The notes under the pieces: generated by a model
Told to the model about the DNA's origin: nothing
What the model saw: only the letters and a program-made list of their open reading frames with translations
The model's database searches: none
Shown here: positions 1-13,904 of the stretch, one piece after another
How the letters are laid out: each line of letters starts with the position of its first letter
Numbering within the stretch: the stretch's first letter is position 1
NCBI GenBank assembly: GCA_964016885.1
Contig: OZ024744.1
Span: 118,792,001 to 118,856,000, forward strand
Length of the DNA: 64,000 bases
DNA from: Eledone cirrhosa
Lineage: Eukaryota
Direction: 5' to 3'
Program-made: the position numbers and the translations under genes

Positions 1-1008
1 TGCGGGCCCTAGGCCATAAAAAGTTAAATTTTTTCTTTGCTCACGGTATGAAGAAGAGACTGACTAATACATATAGTTACAATTTCAAGGAAATTGGCCT
101 GACGCAAAGCCTCACCCCCCCCCCCCTCTGCGTCCAGAACGCGCCCTTATAATATGTCTGTATGTCTGCCGCTACCCTTGCTCAAGACAAATCTCACACT
201 CATTCCCCAAACAGTTGGTAAATGCACACAACTTCTTCCTCACGTTTTAAGCTTCAGCGTTGCTTACTTACGTATCACCAGACATTTACTTCTTTGCCAG
301 CCATGGTTGTGGCAATACTAAGCTTAGCTAAGACGGTTATATATTTCACACAACACTAAAATTGAAAGCCCGTAACTATGTATTAGTCAGTCTCTTCTTC
401 ATACCGTGAGCAAAGAAAATCCAACTTTTAGTGGAGCGAGTGAAATAAAGTCGACCCTGCTGCGATTAAAAAATCAGGTTTGCAGGTTATATATTTCACA
501 CAACACTAAAAATTGAAGCCGGTAAAGAAAAACATCGCTGTAATAGCTTCAGTTTTCAGTGTTGCTTACTTACGTGCATTTACGAGAACAAAATGTATTG
601 TAGAAAACCAACTGTTTTCAAACTTTACACATGTAATACTTATGTTTCAAGGAGTGTTCTGAGAAAAAAAAATTTCAAATTTTCAATGCCCTAGGGACCG
701 CATTAGACGATTTAGCGATCTTTCTCTGTAATGCAGACAGCCAGACATACCGACAGATATTATAAGGGTGCAACGTTATATGTATGTATCTATCTAAAAA
801 GAGAAAGACTAAGAATTATAGAGAGAGATTGCTAAATCGCCTAATGTGGTCCCTAGGGCATTGAAAATTTGAAATTTTTTTTTCTCAGAACACTCCCTGA
901 AGCATAAGTATTACATGTGTAAAGTTTGAAAACAGTTGATTGGGTGCTTCTCGAGTTTTAGGGATTCAAACTCACACACAGACAGACAGACATCCTCAGT
1001 TTTATATT
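1..1008 (-). mobile_element. Non-autonomous Helitron-like element (partial, tandem with next copy), internally rearranged with inverted sub-repeats
   Basis: Shares the CACACAGACAGACAGACATCCTCAGTTTTATAT end and the TTTTCACCTAATGCGGGCCCTAGG/GGTATGAAGAAGAGACTGACTAATAC sub-repeats with 1010-2068. 609-727 is an inverted copy of ~821-938, and 372-420 is an inverted copy of 31-80. Confidence 0.6.
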
Positions 1009-1009
1009 A

Positions 1010-2068
1010 CTAACAGTGGTACCCGGCGTTGCATGGGATAAGGTATTTTGGAATGCGGGCCGCCAACAATCGTGAAAAAACTGCATGCCTCGACAATATG
1101 TCAAGAAAATAAACCGAATACTCTGATGGCTGGATAATATTTAAGATTTTCCTCGGTGAAGCAGGAAAAAGGCAGGTTTTCACCTAATGCGGGCCCTAGG
1201 GGAACAAGAAAATGAATTTTTTTTATATGCATAATATGCCTTGAAATTTCGGGAGAATCGGCTAAACGTAACACCTCAAAAAAGCCCTAAAAAGCTGAAA
1301 AAAAATGAAGTTTTTCACCTAATGTGGACCCTAGGCCATAAAAGAGTTTGATTTTCTTTGCTCACGGTATGAAGAAGAGACCGACTAATACATAGTTACA
1401 ATTTCAGGGAAATCGGTCTGACGTAACGCCTCAAACCCTAATAAGCTGAAAAAACGCAGTTTTTCACCTAATGCAGGCCCTAGGCCATAAACAAGTTGGA
1501 TTTTCTTTGCTCACGGTATGAAGAAGAGACTGACTAATACATAGTTACAATTTCAAGGAAATCAGTCTGACGCAACGCCTAAAAATAAACCTTATAAACC
1601 TGAAAAAAAAAGCAGTTTTTCACCTAATGGATCAAGAAGTTGAATTTTTTTATGTGCATAACACTCACTGAAATATAAGTAATACACATGTAAAGTTTGA
1701 AAAAAGTCGGTTGGGTACTTCTCAAGTTTTAGGGATTCAAACTCACAGACACACACACACACAGACAGACACATCCTCAGGGAAGTGACATAATGCAGAC
1801 ATACAAACAGATATTATAAGGGCGTGATATTATATGTATGTACCTATTAAAAAGAGAAAGACTAAGAATTATAGAGAGAGATCGCTAAATCGCCTAATGC
1901 GGTCCCTAGGGCATTGGAAATTTGAAATTTCTTTTGCTGAGAACACTCCCTGAAACATAAGTATTACATGTGTAAAGTTTGAAAACAGTCGGTTGGGTGC
2001 TTCTCGAGTTTTAGGGATTCAAACACACACACACACAGACAGACAGACTCCTCAGTTTTATATATAGA
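1010..2068 (-). mobile_element. Non-autonomous Helitron
   Basis: The minus strand starts A|TCTATATATAAAACTGAGG and ends ATCCCATGCAACGCCGGGTACCACTGTTAG|T (subterminal GC hairpin plus degenerate CTAG). Internal ~140-150-bp sub-repeats. Termini match the element at 5788-7347. Confidence 0.75.
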
Positions 2069-2215
2069 TAAGAGGTTAGTTGTATATATATAAAGAGTTT
2101 TGGTGAGTATATATATTATTTATTTAGTAGAGAAATAATTCTGGTTAGATATAGATAGTTTTATATAAGAGTTATGATATGTTGGGCGAACATGTTTACA
2201 ATTTTAATATATTTT

Positions 2216-2296
2216 CACATCCAGACAGCCTTTGGTAGAACTGTTTCGCATCATAGTCGAGGGATTTACGAATCCGATTGCTCTTCAGTGGATGTA
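2216..2296 (-). ncRNA. Type I hammerhead ribozyme motif (inverted copy of 2383-2463)
   Basis: Near-exact reverse complement of the 2383-2463 motif. Confidence 0.8.
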
Positions 2297-2382
2297 CAGA
2301 TTAGTAAACCCTTCACTTCCAGGTTCCTTAGAAGACTAAATGAAGTGCATATTTAAGAGAGAAAAAAGGGTTTACTAATCTG

Positions 2383-2463
2383 TACATCCACTGAAGAGCA
2401 ATCGGATTTGTAAATCCCTCGACTATGATGCGAAACAGTTCTACCAAAGGCTGTCTGGATGTG
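2383..2463 (+). ncRNA. Type I hammerhead ribozyme motif
   Basis: Stem I TACATCCA/TGGATGTG; core CTGAAGA; stem II GCAATC...GATGC; GAAA; stem III ACAGTT/GGCTGT; GTC cleavage triplet (after C2455). Confidence 0.8.
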
Positions 2464-2793
2464 TTGATAGTTATCACGATTTGTACTATTTCTTAATTTA
2501 TTCTTTTAATTGAGTCTGGCAAACCGTATTGTTCATAGTTAGTCTCTTATTCACCCTAACGATTTAGGTCCCTTATGATTTGAACGTATATATGTATATA
2601 TCTATGTTTGTCTCTCTTTATTATAATAAATTATATATATATTATATATATACATATATATATATATATGTGCGTGTTTGACTGTTATTTCTGTTCAACA
2701 CGCGCTTACCACGTTTGGCTGGCGAAGCACGAGGTGATGAATTCATCTTTCTGTGTGAACGTTGGCAAATAGTGTTTGTGGCATTTAATCGCA

Positions 2794-2875
2794 ATCTCTC
2801 GCTGATGAAGCCCCGGATTATCTGTTACAAACACACTCAGGGCGAAACAGATTAGGGATAATCTGTCCGAGAGAT
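2794..2875 (+). ncRNA. Type I hammerhead ribozyme motif in a short non-coding Penelope-like/retrozyme-like element (~2680-3025)
   Basis: ATCTCTCG-CTGATGA-A-GCCC...GGGC-GAAA-CAGATTA(GGGA)TAATCTG-TC|CGAGAGAT; all three stems pair. A homolog lies at 59686-59774. Confidence 0.88.
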
Positions 2876-3662
2876 ATAATGGTTATTGAGGCGGTTTGTA
2901 TTATTTGATAATATATTTTTATTTTCATTTCGTCATTCTGTCTGTTTCTTGGTTAAATATTTCAAGCATATGTGGTTTTTCAACCCTTGTAATTTTAGAC
3001 ACACGGTTTACTGTGTTTCTTACTATATATTATATATATATATATACATATTTACGTATACATACATACATATACATATATATATATACATACACATATA
3101 TGGTGGCTGCAACTCGTTTTCGAGTACGGCCACTACTTTATATGCATGTAGGAAAACCCCTACCGATGCGCTGAACGAGTGTGACTTTTTAGTCCAGCCA
3201 GCGACTTGAAAACTCTGGTACAAACACTACACCTGTGACAATTATTGACACATAGTGCTGGGCCCATGGTACCATGTGAGGACAAGTGCAGAGAGATCTC
3301 CAGATATAAAGCAATGCCTGTGCCGTGAAGCTTTTATAGTGAGCAAAGACACTGCACAAAGCCAGTCCCACTCTCTTAACCAAGATGATATTTACCAAAA
3401 AGAAGAACAAGTCAACATCATTGGATACCAGCAGGGTTGAAGGTGTTATATCAGAGTTTTCCTTCTCCTAGATTTTGGATGGCCATTGACTCTTAAGAGC
3501 TCCTTTGCCCTTTGACAGGTTTTGTTTTTAGTCCTGCAGGATGTCCAAAGTCACCCTCCTCACCAAGAAACCTTGGTGGGGTTGCCAGTTTAGTTGCCAA
3601 CACCCGACCATGAGACAGGTTGTACTGGGACACATGTTACCAGTAGCACCAACTGATGACAT

Positions 3663-3910
3663 GACACATACATATATACACACATATACATATATATACA
3701 TACACATATATATACACACGCATACATATATACACACATATACATATATATATACACACACATACATATATATATACACGCACATACATATATATATATA
3801 CGCACACATACATATATATACGCACACATACATATATATATGTATACACACACACATATATACGCACACATACATATATATATGTATACACACACACATA
3901 TATATATATA
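3663..3910. repeat. Compound (CA/TA)n microsatellite
   Basis: Direct reading; source of the spurious YI/CV ORFs. Confidence 0.95.
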
Positions 3911-4392
3911 GTAAGCATCTCTATCAAAACACACCCCCGTCCCACCACCTCCACCCCATCCACACCGCCCCTTTCAATGTAAAGTTATGTTGGTCCCACA
4001 ACATCCAGGCCGAAACAAATGAGGTTGTGTAGGTGTCACGACAAAAAAAAACACAGTCCACTCTGTAAATGTGGCCGTGTAGGCGACACGGTAAAAACCT
4101 CCCAGCCCCACACTGTAAATGTGGTTGGTGTTAGGAAGGGCATCCAGCTGTAGAAAACCCGCCAGACAGTCCACGCTGTAATGTGGCCGTGTAGGCAACA
4201 CGGTAAAAACCTCCCAGCCCCACACTGTAAATGTGGTTGGTGTTAGGAAGGGCATCCAGCTGTAGAAAACCCGCCAGACAGTCCTATGCGAGCAAGACAA
4301 CCATTCTTGCCTCAAGTGGGAAAACCCCCGTCCAAACCCATGCAAGCGTGGAACACGGACGCTAAACCCGATGATGATGATGATGATGATGA
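3910..4392 (+). mobile_element. RTE family B 3' UTR fragment with duplicated internal module and (TGA)n tail
   Basis: Matches the 3' UTR of 48112-48527; ends CGTCCAAACCCATGCAAGCGTGGAACACGGACG...GATGATGAT. Confidence 0.85.
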
Positions 4393-4395
4393 TAT

Positions 4396-4465
<70 letters not shown>

Positions 4466-4467
<2 letters not shown>

Positions 4468-5783
4468 CATCATCAAGCTTTTCCCTGCTTGCAAGGGTGG
4501 GACGGGTCCTTTTCAGCACGCATCTCTCCACTTGTCACGGTCCTTCATCATCTCCTCCGTGAGCTTCAGCGATTTGATGTCTGCTCTCACCACCTCTGCC
4601 CATGTTTTTTGTGGTCTTCTACTGGCATTTCTTTACCCAGTGGTCATCCACCATGCGCATCACATGTCCATACCATTGCAGTCTTCTCTCCCGCACACTA
4701 CAACTTATTCCTCTTATACAGTTTCCCTCTCAACTCATCTATGCTTGGTCATTCACGCACATTGACATTGCACATCCAATGGAGCATGCTTGCTTCTTTT
4801 CTCTCCAGCCGTTGCATATCCTCATGCAGCATCGCGCATCTCACACAGGCATCATATAACCAGCCTTTCGTTCGTAGGGAGAAACCCTTCTTTGTCCCTA
4901 AACTTCTTCCATCCTGTCCTTATTCTAGATACTATGGCCTCGGAACACCCCCCTCCCATGCTAATCTGATCACCTAGGTACCGGAAGCTATCAACCCCTT
5001 CTATAGAACCCACCTGCATTTTAAAAATGTGTCTATCAATGCGACTTCTACTGTCTAATTTCCCTGTACATCTACTGCATATGTAGTTTTCCCTACCTGT
5101 TAGTTTCCCTGCTATCCCACTACATCTCATGTGTATCCAAGATCTGCATTGTGTACATTTTATAGAATTTATGCTCCTTTTCTACATATCGAACATGGCC
5201 ATTTCCCTGATAGAATCAGAGAGTTGTCCTCTTTCAAACTTATCACCACTTTAGTTTTAGCTAGGTTCACTCACAGTCCCCTTGATTCCAACTGCTGTTT
5301 CCAAAGCCAGAATTTATTCTCTAGCTCCTCTACTGATTCTGCTATAAGTACCAGATCATCAGCATAGAGAAGTTCCCATGGACAGCCAGTCTTAAACTCC
5401 TCCGTTATGGCTTGGAGGACTATAATGAACAAGAGTGGGCTGAGGACCGAACCCTGATGTACTCCTACTTGTATCTGGAATTACTCACTAAACTCCATTC
5501 CTCCCCTCACTTTACTGACAGTACCTCTGTACATAGCTTGCACTGTCCTCACAAGTCATTCCTCTACACCTAATTTTCTTAGGGACCACCAGATGACAGA
5601 TCGGGGTATCCTATCAAAGGCCTTCTCTAGGTCAACAAAAGTTAAGTATAGTGGCTTATTCTTCTCTAAGAACCTCTCTTGTAGTTGTCTCACCAAGAAG
5701 AGGGCATCTGTTGTACTCTTCCCAGGCACAAAACCAAACTGCACCTCATCTAATTTGACCCTTTCTCCAATTAATTGCGCTAA
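4466..5783 (-). pseudogene. RTE family A LINE fragment (RT to 3' end, internal deletions)
   Basis: Peptides QFGFVPGKSTTDALFLVRQLQERF...DLEKAFDR, CSGIAGKLTG and KRTRPTLASREK are nearly identical to 27723-29684. Confidence 0.92.
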
Positions 5784-5787
5784 TATA

Positions 5788-7347
5788 TCTATATATATAA
5801 AACTGATGTTGTCTGTGTGTCCTCATTTTTGCAAAGTCTATAGAAATCCACATTTCTACTCCGATTGACTTCAAACTTGCATTTATATATTCCTTGCGAT
5901 CTAAGATATTAACTGCCGCTTTTTTTTTTTCAATTTTCTGTTGTTAAAGGGGTGTTAGGCGCCGGTTATCTATCTCCGTCGCGCTCTTATAATATCTGTT
6001 TGTATGCCTGGCTGTTTGCATAACGTCATTCTGATGTATTATCTTCGCTACATTCACACACAAACACGCGCGCGTGCACATACACACACGCGCGCGTGGA
6101 CATATATATATATATATATACTTATATATACATACACACACACATATATGCATACATACACACATATATATATGCATACATACACACACACGCACATATA
6201 TATATATATATATACACACACACAGATACATTGTAGGTCGCTTTAACCCGTCTTTTATTATTCAAAAAACTTCTTGCCAATAAACATTAACCCTTTGTGC
6301 ACCATTCATCTAACTGTAGACCAACAAATACCAAGTAAACGGAGTGTTGACAAGAACGATGGCAAATGAATCTTCGAGGTAAGCAGTTAGCTGTTAGTTC
6401 ACGCGGGATTCTCTACTACACCTTTTCGTAATAATACCGAACAATGTACTGCTGGTCACTCCTTCCTCTAAAAGCCGTACAAAGCATCTCTCTCTCTCTC
6501 TCTCTCTTTATATATATATATATATGTTATAAGAACAGATTAAAGTTTAAGCAAAGAATCGCTGCTTTCAACGGGATCTTCTGAAACTAAAAAATTCAAT
6601 CTGTGAACGCAGAAGTAAATATTTCGAGAAACGTTGCAACCGAAGGAAAACAGGAAGACAATATTTTGGTTCGTGAAGACGTTCCCTGGTAATGAACGAA
6701 AAAAAAAGCGAGGATAATACGTCGTTATGTGAACCGAGAAGAACAATTTCATGCAAAGACAAGACCAAGTTTATGGTATAAATGGAGTCGTTAGACTAAT
6801 ATTCTATTTAAAATAACAGAATGATTTCCAGCCCCGGAGTTTAAGAATGATGTAAATAAAATTGTAAACGAAAATGACAGAGGTTATTAAAATAGTAAAA
6901 GTAAATAGTGAAGATTTAGGCCAGTACATACGTATGCCCCGACGGACATACACACCCACAAACACACACACGCGTATGTATAAACCTTTTGCATTTCTAC
7001 AGTATTTTCACCCAAACTTAAGACATAGGTTATTTATGTACTCCAGTTGGTCATGGGCACTTTCATTTTTCCAGATATTGATTATAGGGCCTTCCGGCAG
7101 ATAACCCCTTTTATCCACTTCCTAGGGTCGACTGAAGCACTGCAGTGCAATGCAACAAAACGTCATAACTTCTGGAGTTCGCATCCGATAATCACAAAAC
7201 TTGACACATGGGCTACGTTTGTCCTACAGATGAATGTGAACCCCCTTTTGGAAAAAGCCAATGATTCAAAGCAGCACTGAAGTATTGACATAAATGGTAT
7301 ACACAACTGCTATTTAATATCCGAGCAACGCCGGGTACCTCTGCTAG
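5788..7347 (+). mobile_element. Non-autonomous Helitron, both ends intact
   Basis: A|TCTATATATATAAAACTG at the 5' end; CCGAGCAACGCCGGGTACCTCTGCTAG|T at the 3' end (hairpin plus CTAG); inserted between A and T with no TSD. Confidence 0.85.
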
Positions 7348-7367
7348 TATATATGTATGTGTATATA

Positions 7368-8242
7368 TAGCCTTCTCTCGAGTAAACAACATCTTAGAGG
7401 GATCAGATGTTGTTTACTCGAGAGAAGGCTACGTTGGTATGGTCACGTGATGCGCATGAAAGACGACAGCTGTATAGCAAAGTGCAGGGCAATAAAGATA
7501 GACGGTAGCCACGGAGTAGGCAGACCCAGAAAAACCTGGGACGAGCTGATAAATTCCAACCTCACACACTTACACCTCTCCAAGACAATGTCACTGGACC
7601 GAGACCTTTGGCGGTACTCAGTAATAGAGAAGACCCGCCTTACCTAAATACAAAGTAAAACCTACTACAGTCAGTAGGCATCTCAAACAAAATACACCCC
7701 CCCCCCCCCCCATCCACACCGCCCCTTTCAATGTAAAGTTATGTTGGTGCCACAAAATCCAGGCCGAAACAAATGAGATCGTGTAGGTGTCACGACAAAA
7801 AAACACACAGTCCACACTGTAATGTGACCGGTAGGCAACACGGTAAAAACCTCCCAGTCCCACACTGTATATGTGGTTGGTGTTAGGAAGGGCATCCAGC
7901 TGTAGAAAACCCGCCAGACAGTCCACGCTGTAATGTGGCCATGTAGGCAACCCGGTAAAAACCTCCCAGCCCCACACTGTAAATGTGGTTGGTGTTAGGA
8001 AGGGCATCCAGCTGTAGAAAACCCGCCAGACAGTCCACGCTGTAATGTGGCCGTGTAGGCAACACGGTAAAAACCTCCCAGCCCCACACTGTAAATGTGG
8101 TTGGTGTTAGGAAGGGCATCCAGCTGTAGAAAACCCGCCAGACAGTCCTATGCGAGCAAGACAACCACTCTTGCCTCAAGTGGGAAAACTCCCGTCCAAA
8201 CCCATGCAAGCGTGGAACATGGACGTTAAACGATGATGATGA
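7368..8242 (+). mobile_element. RTE family B 3' fragment with 27-bp 5' foldback and triplicated 3'-UTR module
   Basis: GIRCCLLERRLRWYGHVMRM...EKTRLT*; 7368-7394 is the reverse complement of 7405-7431; ~118-bp UTR unit repeated. Confidence 0.9.
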
Positions 8243-8280
8243 TATATATATATATACATATATATATATTTTTCTTTTTT

Positions 8281-8586
8281 TTTCATTTTGCGTCCGCCTT
8301 TCCTTGATTGCAAGGGTCGGACGGGAACTGATTCTGGCTTGATTTCTACAGCTGGATGCCCTTCCTAACACCAACCTCATTTACAGTGAGTGCTGGGTGC
8401 TTTTTTGCAGTGGAATGATAGGGACCCCAGTCCTTATCATCTCATTTCTAGAGCTGAGTAAACTGGAGCAATGTGAAATAAAGTGTCTTGCTCAAGGAAA
8501 CAACACATCACCCGGTCTGAGAATTGAACTCACAACCTTTCGATTGCAAGGCCAATGCTCTAACCACTAAGCCATGTGCCTCCATC
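8281..8586 (-). mobile_element. tRNA-derived SINE with RTE-A-type 3' tail
   Basis: Head GGAGGCACATGGCTTAGTGGTTAGAGC (A box)...GAGTTCAATTCTC (B box); tail CCCGTCCGACCCTTGCAA...GCGGACGCAAAATGA. Copies at 26196 and 58515. Confidence 0.85.
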
Positions 8587-9199
8587 TATATATATATATG
8601 TATAAAATTATATTAGATATTTTGCTGTATGAATAATGAATAACAAAATGACAGTTTGATAGATCATTTGATTGATCAGTCAAGCTTGTTGGCTGAAATG
8701 ACAGTTATCTTCCACTTTTCAAACCATTGTATTCTGACAAAAATATAAACTGTTTTCTCTCCCTTTTGCATTTACACCCACAAACGTGCGCATGTATAGA
8801 CTGGAAGGAATTAACAGACATTATTGGCAACAAGTTTGCATAAGTGAATCTACAGATAACAACCTTTGGCAACACAACAGTGAAAATAATAATTTTGATG
8901 AAATTCTGTATTCTGCATTTTCCCATCTATATAGCTCTCTCTTGCACTTTACACACACACCAGTGCATCAGCAGACTGGAAATAATTAACAGCCACAACA
9001 AGGTACCTAGTAAACACTGTAAAGTGGTCATGTAGGTGTCACAACAAAAAGTACCCAGTACACACTGTAAAGTGGTCATGTAGGTGTCACAACAAAAAGT
9101 ACCAGTACACACTGTAAATGTGGTTGGTGTTAAGAAGGGCATCCAGCCATAGAAACCAAGCCTCAACCAGTTCTGTAGGAGCAAGACCCGGTAATTTGA

Positions 9200-12100
9200 T
9201 CTGATTTGTCGGAGATGACCCACCTAACCCACGTACTGCTACCACATCTTGTACAGTGTTGTTACATACAGACATCCTAGACCACATTACAGTACTGCTA
9301 CCACATCTGGGACAGTGTTATATACAGACATCCTAGACCACATTACAGTACTGCTACCATAAATAGGACAGTGTTGTTACCTAGAGACATCCTAGACCAC
9401 ATTACAGTACTGCTACCAGATCTGGTACAGTGTTGTTACATACAGACATCCTAGACAACATTACAGTACTGCTACCACATGTGGGACAGTGTTGTTATAT
9501 ACAGACATCCTAGACCACATTACAGTACTGCTACCACATGTGGGACAGTGTTGGTACATAGAGACATCCTAGACCACATTACAGTACTGCTACCACATCT
9601 AGGACAGTGTTGTTACATACAGACATCCTAGACCACATTACAGTACTACTACCATATCTGGGACAGTGTTGTTACATACAGACATCCTAGACCACATTAC
9701 AGTACTGCTACCACATCTAGGACAGTGTTGTTACATACAGACATCCTAGACCACATTACAGTACTGCTACCAGATCTGGGACAGTGTTGTTACATACAGA
9801 CATCCTAGACGACATTACAGTACTGCTACCACATCTGGTACAGTGTTGTTACATACAGACATCCTAGACTACATTACAGTACTGCTACCACATCTGGGAC
9901 AGTGTTGTTACATACACACATCCTAGACCACATTACAGTACTGCTACCACATCTGGTACAGTGTTGTTACATACAGACATCCTAGACCACATTACAGTAC
10001 TGCTACCACACCTGGGACAGTATTGTTACATACAGACATCCTAGACCACATTACAGTACTGCTACCACATCTGGTACAGTGTTGTTATATACAGACATCC
10101 TAGACCACATTACAGTACTGCTACCACATCTAGGACAGTGTTGTTACATACAGACATCCTAGACCACATTACAGTACTGCTACCACATCTGGTACAGTGT
10201 TGTTATATACAGACATCCTAGACCACATTACAGTACTGCTACCACATCTGGTACAGTGTTGTTATATACAGACATCCTAGACCACATTACAGTACTGCTA
10301 CCACATCTGGGACAGTGTTGTTACATACAGACATCCTAGACCACATTACAGTACTGCTACCAGATCTGGTACAGTGTTGTTATATAGAGACATCCTAGAC
10401 CACATTACAGTACTGCTACCAGATCTGGTACAGTGTTGTTACATACAGATATCCTAGATGACATTACAGTACTGCTACAACATCTGAGACAGTGTTGTTA
10501 CATACAGACATCCTAGACCACATTACAGTACTGCTACCACATCTGGCTCAGTGTTGTTATATACAGATATCCTAGATGACATTACAGTACTGCTACAACA
10601 TCTGAGACAGTGTTGTTACATACAGACATCCTAGACCACATTCCAGTACTGCTACCACATCTGGGACAGTGTTATATACAGACATCCTAGACCACATTAC
10701 AGTACTGCTACCAGATCTGGTACAGTGTTGTTATATACAGACATCCTAGACTACATTACAGTACTGCTACCACATCTGGGACAGTGTTGTTATATACAGA
10801 CATCCTAGACTACATTACATTACTGCTACCACATCTAGGACAATGTTGTTATATACAGACATCCTAGACTACATTACAGTACTGCTACCACATCTGGGAC
10901 AGTGTTGTTATATACAGACATCCTAGACAACATTACAGTACTGCTACCACAGCTGGGACAGTGTTGTTACATACAGACATACTAGACCACATTACAGTAC
11001 TGCTACCACATCTGGGACAGTGTTGTTATATACAGACATCCTAGACCACATTACAGTACTGCTACTACATCTGGGAGGTGTTGTTACATACAGACACCCT
11101 AGACCACATTACAGTACTGCTACCACATGTGGGACAGTGTTGTTATATACAGACATCCTAGACTACATTACAGTACTGCTACCACATGTGGGACAGTGTT
11201 GTTATATACAGACATCCTAGACCACATTACAGTACTGCTACCACATGTGGGACAGTGTTGTTATATACAGACATCCTAGACTATATTACAGTACTGCTAC
11301 CACATCTGGTACAGTGTTGTTATATACAGACATCCTAGACCACATTACAGTACTGCTAACACATGTGGGACAGTGTTGTCACATACAGACATCCTAGATT
11401 ACATTACAGTACTGCTACCACATCTGGGACAGTGGTGTTAGATACAGACATCCTAGACCACATTACAGTACTGCTACCACATCTAGGACAGTGTTGTTAC
11501 ATACAGACATCCTAGACCACATTACAGTACTGCTACCACATCTGAGACAGTGTTGTTATATACAGACATCCTAGACCACATTACAGTACTGCTACCACAT
11601 CTAGGACAGTGTTGTTATATACAGACATCCTAGACCACATTACAGTACTGCTACCACATCTGGGACAGTGTTGTTACATACAGACATCCTAGACTACATT
11701 ACAGTACTGCTACCACATCTGGGACAGTGGTGTTAGATACAGACATCCTAGACCACATTACAGTACTGCTACCACATCTAGGACAGTGTTGTTATATACA
11801 GACATCCTAGACCACATTACAGTACTGCTACCACATCTGGGACAGTGTTGTTACATACAGACATCCTAGACCACATTACAGTACTGCTACCACATCTGGG
11901 ACAGTGTTGTTACATACAGACATCCTAGACTACATTACAGTACTGCTACCACATCTGGGACAGTGTTGTTATATACAGACATCCTAGACCACATTACAGT
12001 ACTGCTACCACATCTGGGACAGTGTTGTTACATACAGACATCCTAGACTACATTACAGTACTGCTACCACATCTAGGACAATGTTGTTATATACAGACAT

Positions 12101-13800
12101 CCTAGACTACATTACAGTATGGCTACTACATCTAGGACAGTGTTGTTACATACAGACATCCTAGACCACATTACAGTACTGCTACCTCATCTGGTACAGT
12201 GTTGTTACATACAGACATCCTAGACCACATTACAGTACTGCTACCACATCTGGGACAGTGTTGTTACATACAGACATCCTAGACCACATTACAGTACTGC
12301 TACCACATCTGGGACAGTGTTGTTACATACAGACATCCTAGACCACATTACAGTACTGCTACCACATCTGGGACAGTGTTGTTACATACAGACATCCTAG
12401 ACTACATTACAGTACTGCTACCACATCTGGGACAGTGGTGTTAGATACAGACATCCTAGACCACATTACAGTACTGCTACCACATCTGGGACAGTGTTGT
12501 TACATACAGACATCCTAGACTACATTACAGTACTGCTACCACATCTGGGACAGTGGTGTTAGATACAGACATCCTAGACCACATTACAGTACTGCTACCA
12601 CATCTGAGACAGTGGTGTTACATACAGACATCCTAGACCACGTTACAGTACTGCTACCTCATCTGGTACAGTGTTGTTACATACAGACATCCTAGACCAC
12701 ATTACAGTACTGCTACCACATCTGGGACAGTGTTGTTACATACAGACATCCTAGACCACATTACAGTACTGCTACCACATCTGGGACAGTGTTGTTATAT
12801 ACAGACATCCTAGACTACATTACAGTACTGCTACCACATCTAGGACAATGTTGTTACATACAGACATCCTAGACCACATTACAGTACTGCTACCACATCT
12901 GGGACAGTGTTGTTACATACAGACATCCTAGACCACATTACAGTACTGCTACCACATCTGGGACAGTGTTGTCACATACAGACATCCTAGACCACATTAC
13001 AGTACTGCTACCACATCTGGGACAGTGGTGTTAGATACAGACATCCTAGACTACATTACAGTACTGCTACCACATCTGGTACAGTGTTGTTATATACAGA
13101 CATCCTAGACCACATTACAGTACTGCTACCACATCTAGGACAGTGTTGTTACATACAGACATCCTAGAGCACATTACAGTACTGCTACCACATCTGGGAC
13201 AGTGTTGTTACATACAGACATCCTAGACCACATTACAGTACTGCTACCACATGTGGGACAGTGTTGTTATATACAGACATCCTAGACCACATTACAGTAC
13301 TGCTACCACATCTAGGACAGTGTTGTTATATACAGACATCCTAGACTACATTACAGTACTGCTACCACATCTAGGACAATGTTGTTACATACAGACATCC
13401 TAGACCACATTACAGTACTGCTACCTCATCTGGTACAGTGTTGTTATATACAGACATCCTAGACCACATTACAGTACTGCTACCACATCTGGGACAGTGT
13501 TGTTACATAGTGATATCCTAGACAACATCTAGGAAGAGTTGAGGCTACTCCATTCAGTCATCCACAAAATCGTGAAAGTGAGGACCTTATATCAGCCCAA
13601 GTTTTGATTTGATTGTGTCAATTTCTACTACTCCTGGGGAGGCTCAGGTGCAACTGCATCACAGATAAGTTCAACATTGTGTGCATATCAAAACTAACAG
13701 AAGCCTCTCTTTCAATAGTTTTTGGAGGGAACTGATTCAGCAGCAATGATGAATTTCAGAGTCTGGCACAAAATGCAGTGCACGAAGATGGGAGATTTGA
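9200..13800 (-). pseudogene. Decayed 3' end of a different RTE-clade LINE containing the 59-bp array
   Basis: Minus-strand peptides ...ELICDAVAPEPP...NQIKTWAD...TVQDVVAVRGLGGSSP resemble, from memory, RTE C-termini of the ELIKDLLLPTPP...GGQLKTW...SVRDVV type. Confidence 0.55.
9232..13525. repeat. 59-bp minisatellite, about 72 copies
   Basis: Unit ACATTACAGTACTGCTACCACATCTGGGACAGTGTTGTTACATACAGACATCCTAGACC with scattered variants. Confidence 0.97.
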
Positions 13801-13904
13801 GGCTAGAAGTAAAAAACTGATTTGTGTAAACCTGTTACACTCCACAACTATCTCCCTCTCTGTTACATTCAACTATCACCCTCAACTAAACCATGTAAAC
13901 CTGT

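Noticed and set aside
8510-8586. tRNA gene
   Set aside because: A and B boxes are present, but the sequence continues into a SINE body repeated three times and lacks a proper acceptor stem.
9232-13525. CRISPR-like array
   Set aside because: Contiguous near-identical units with no unique spacers, no cas genes and a eukaryotic context.
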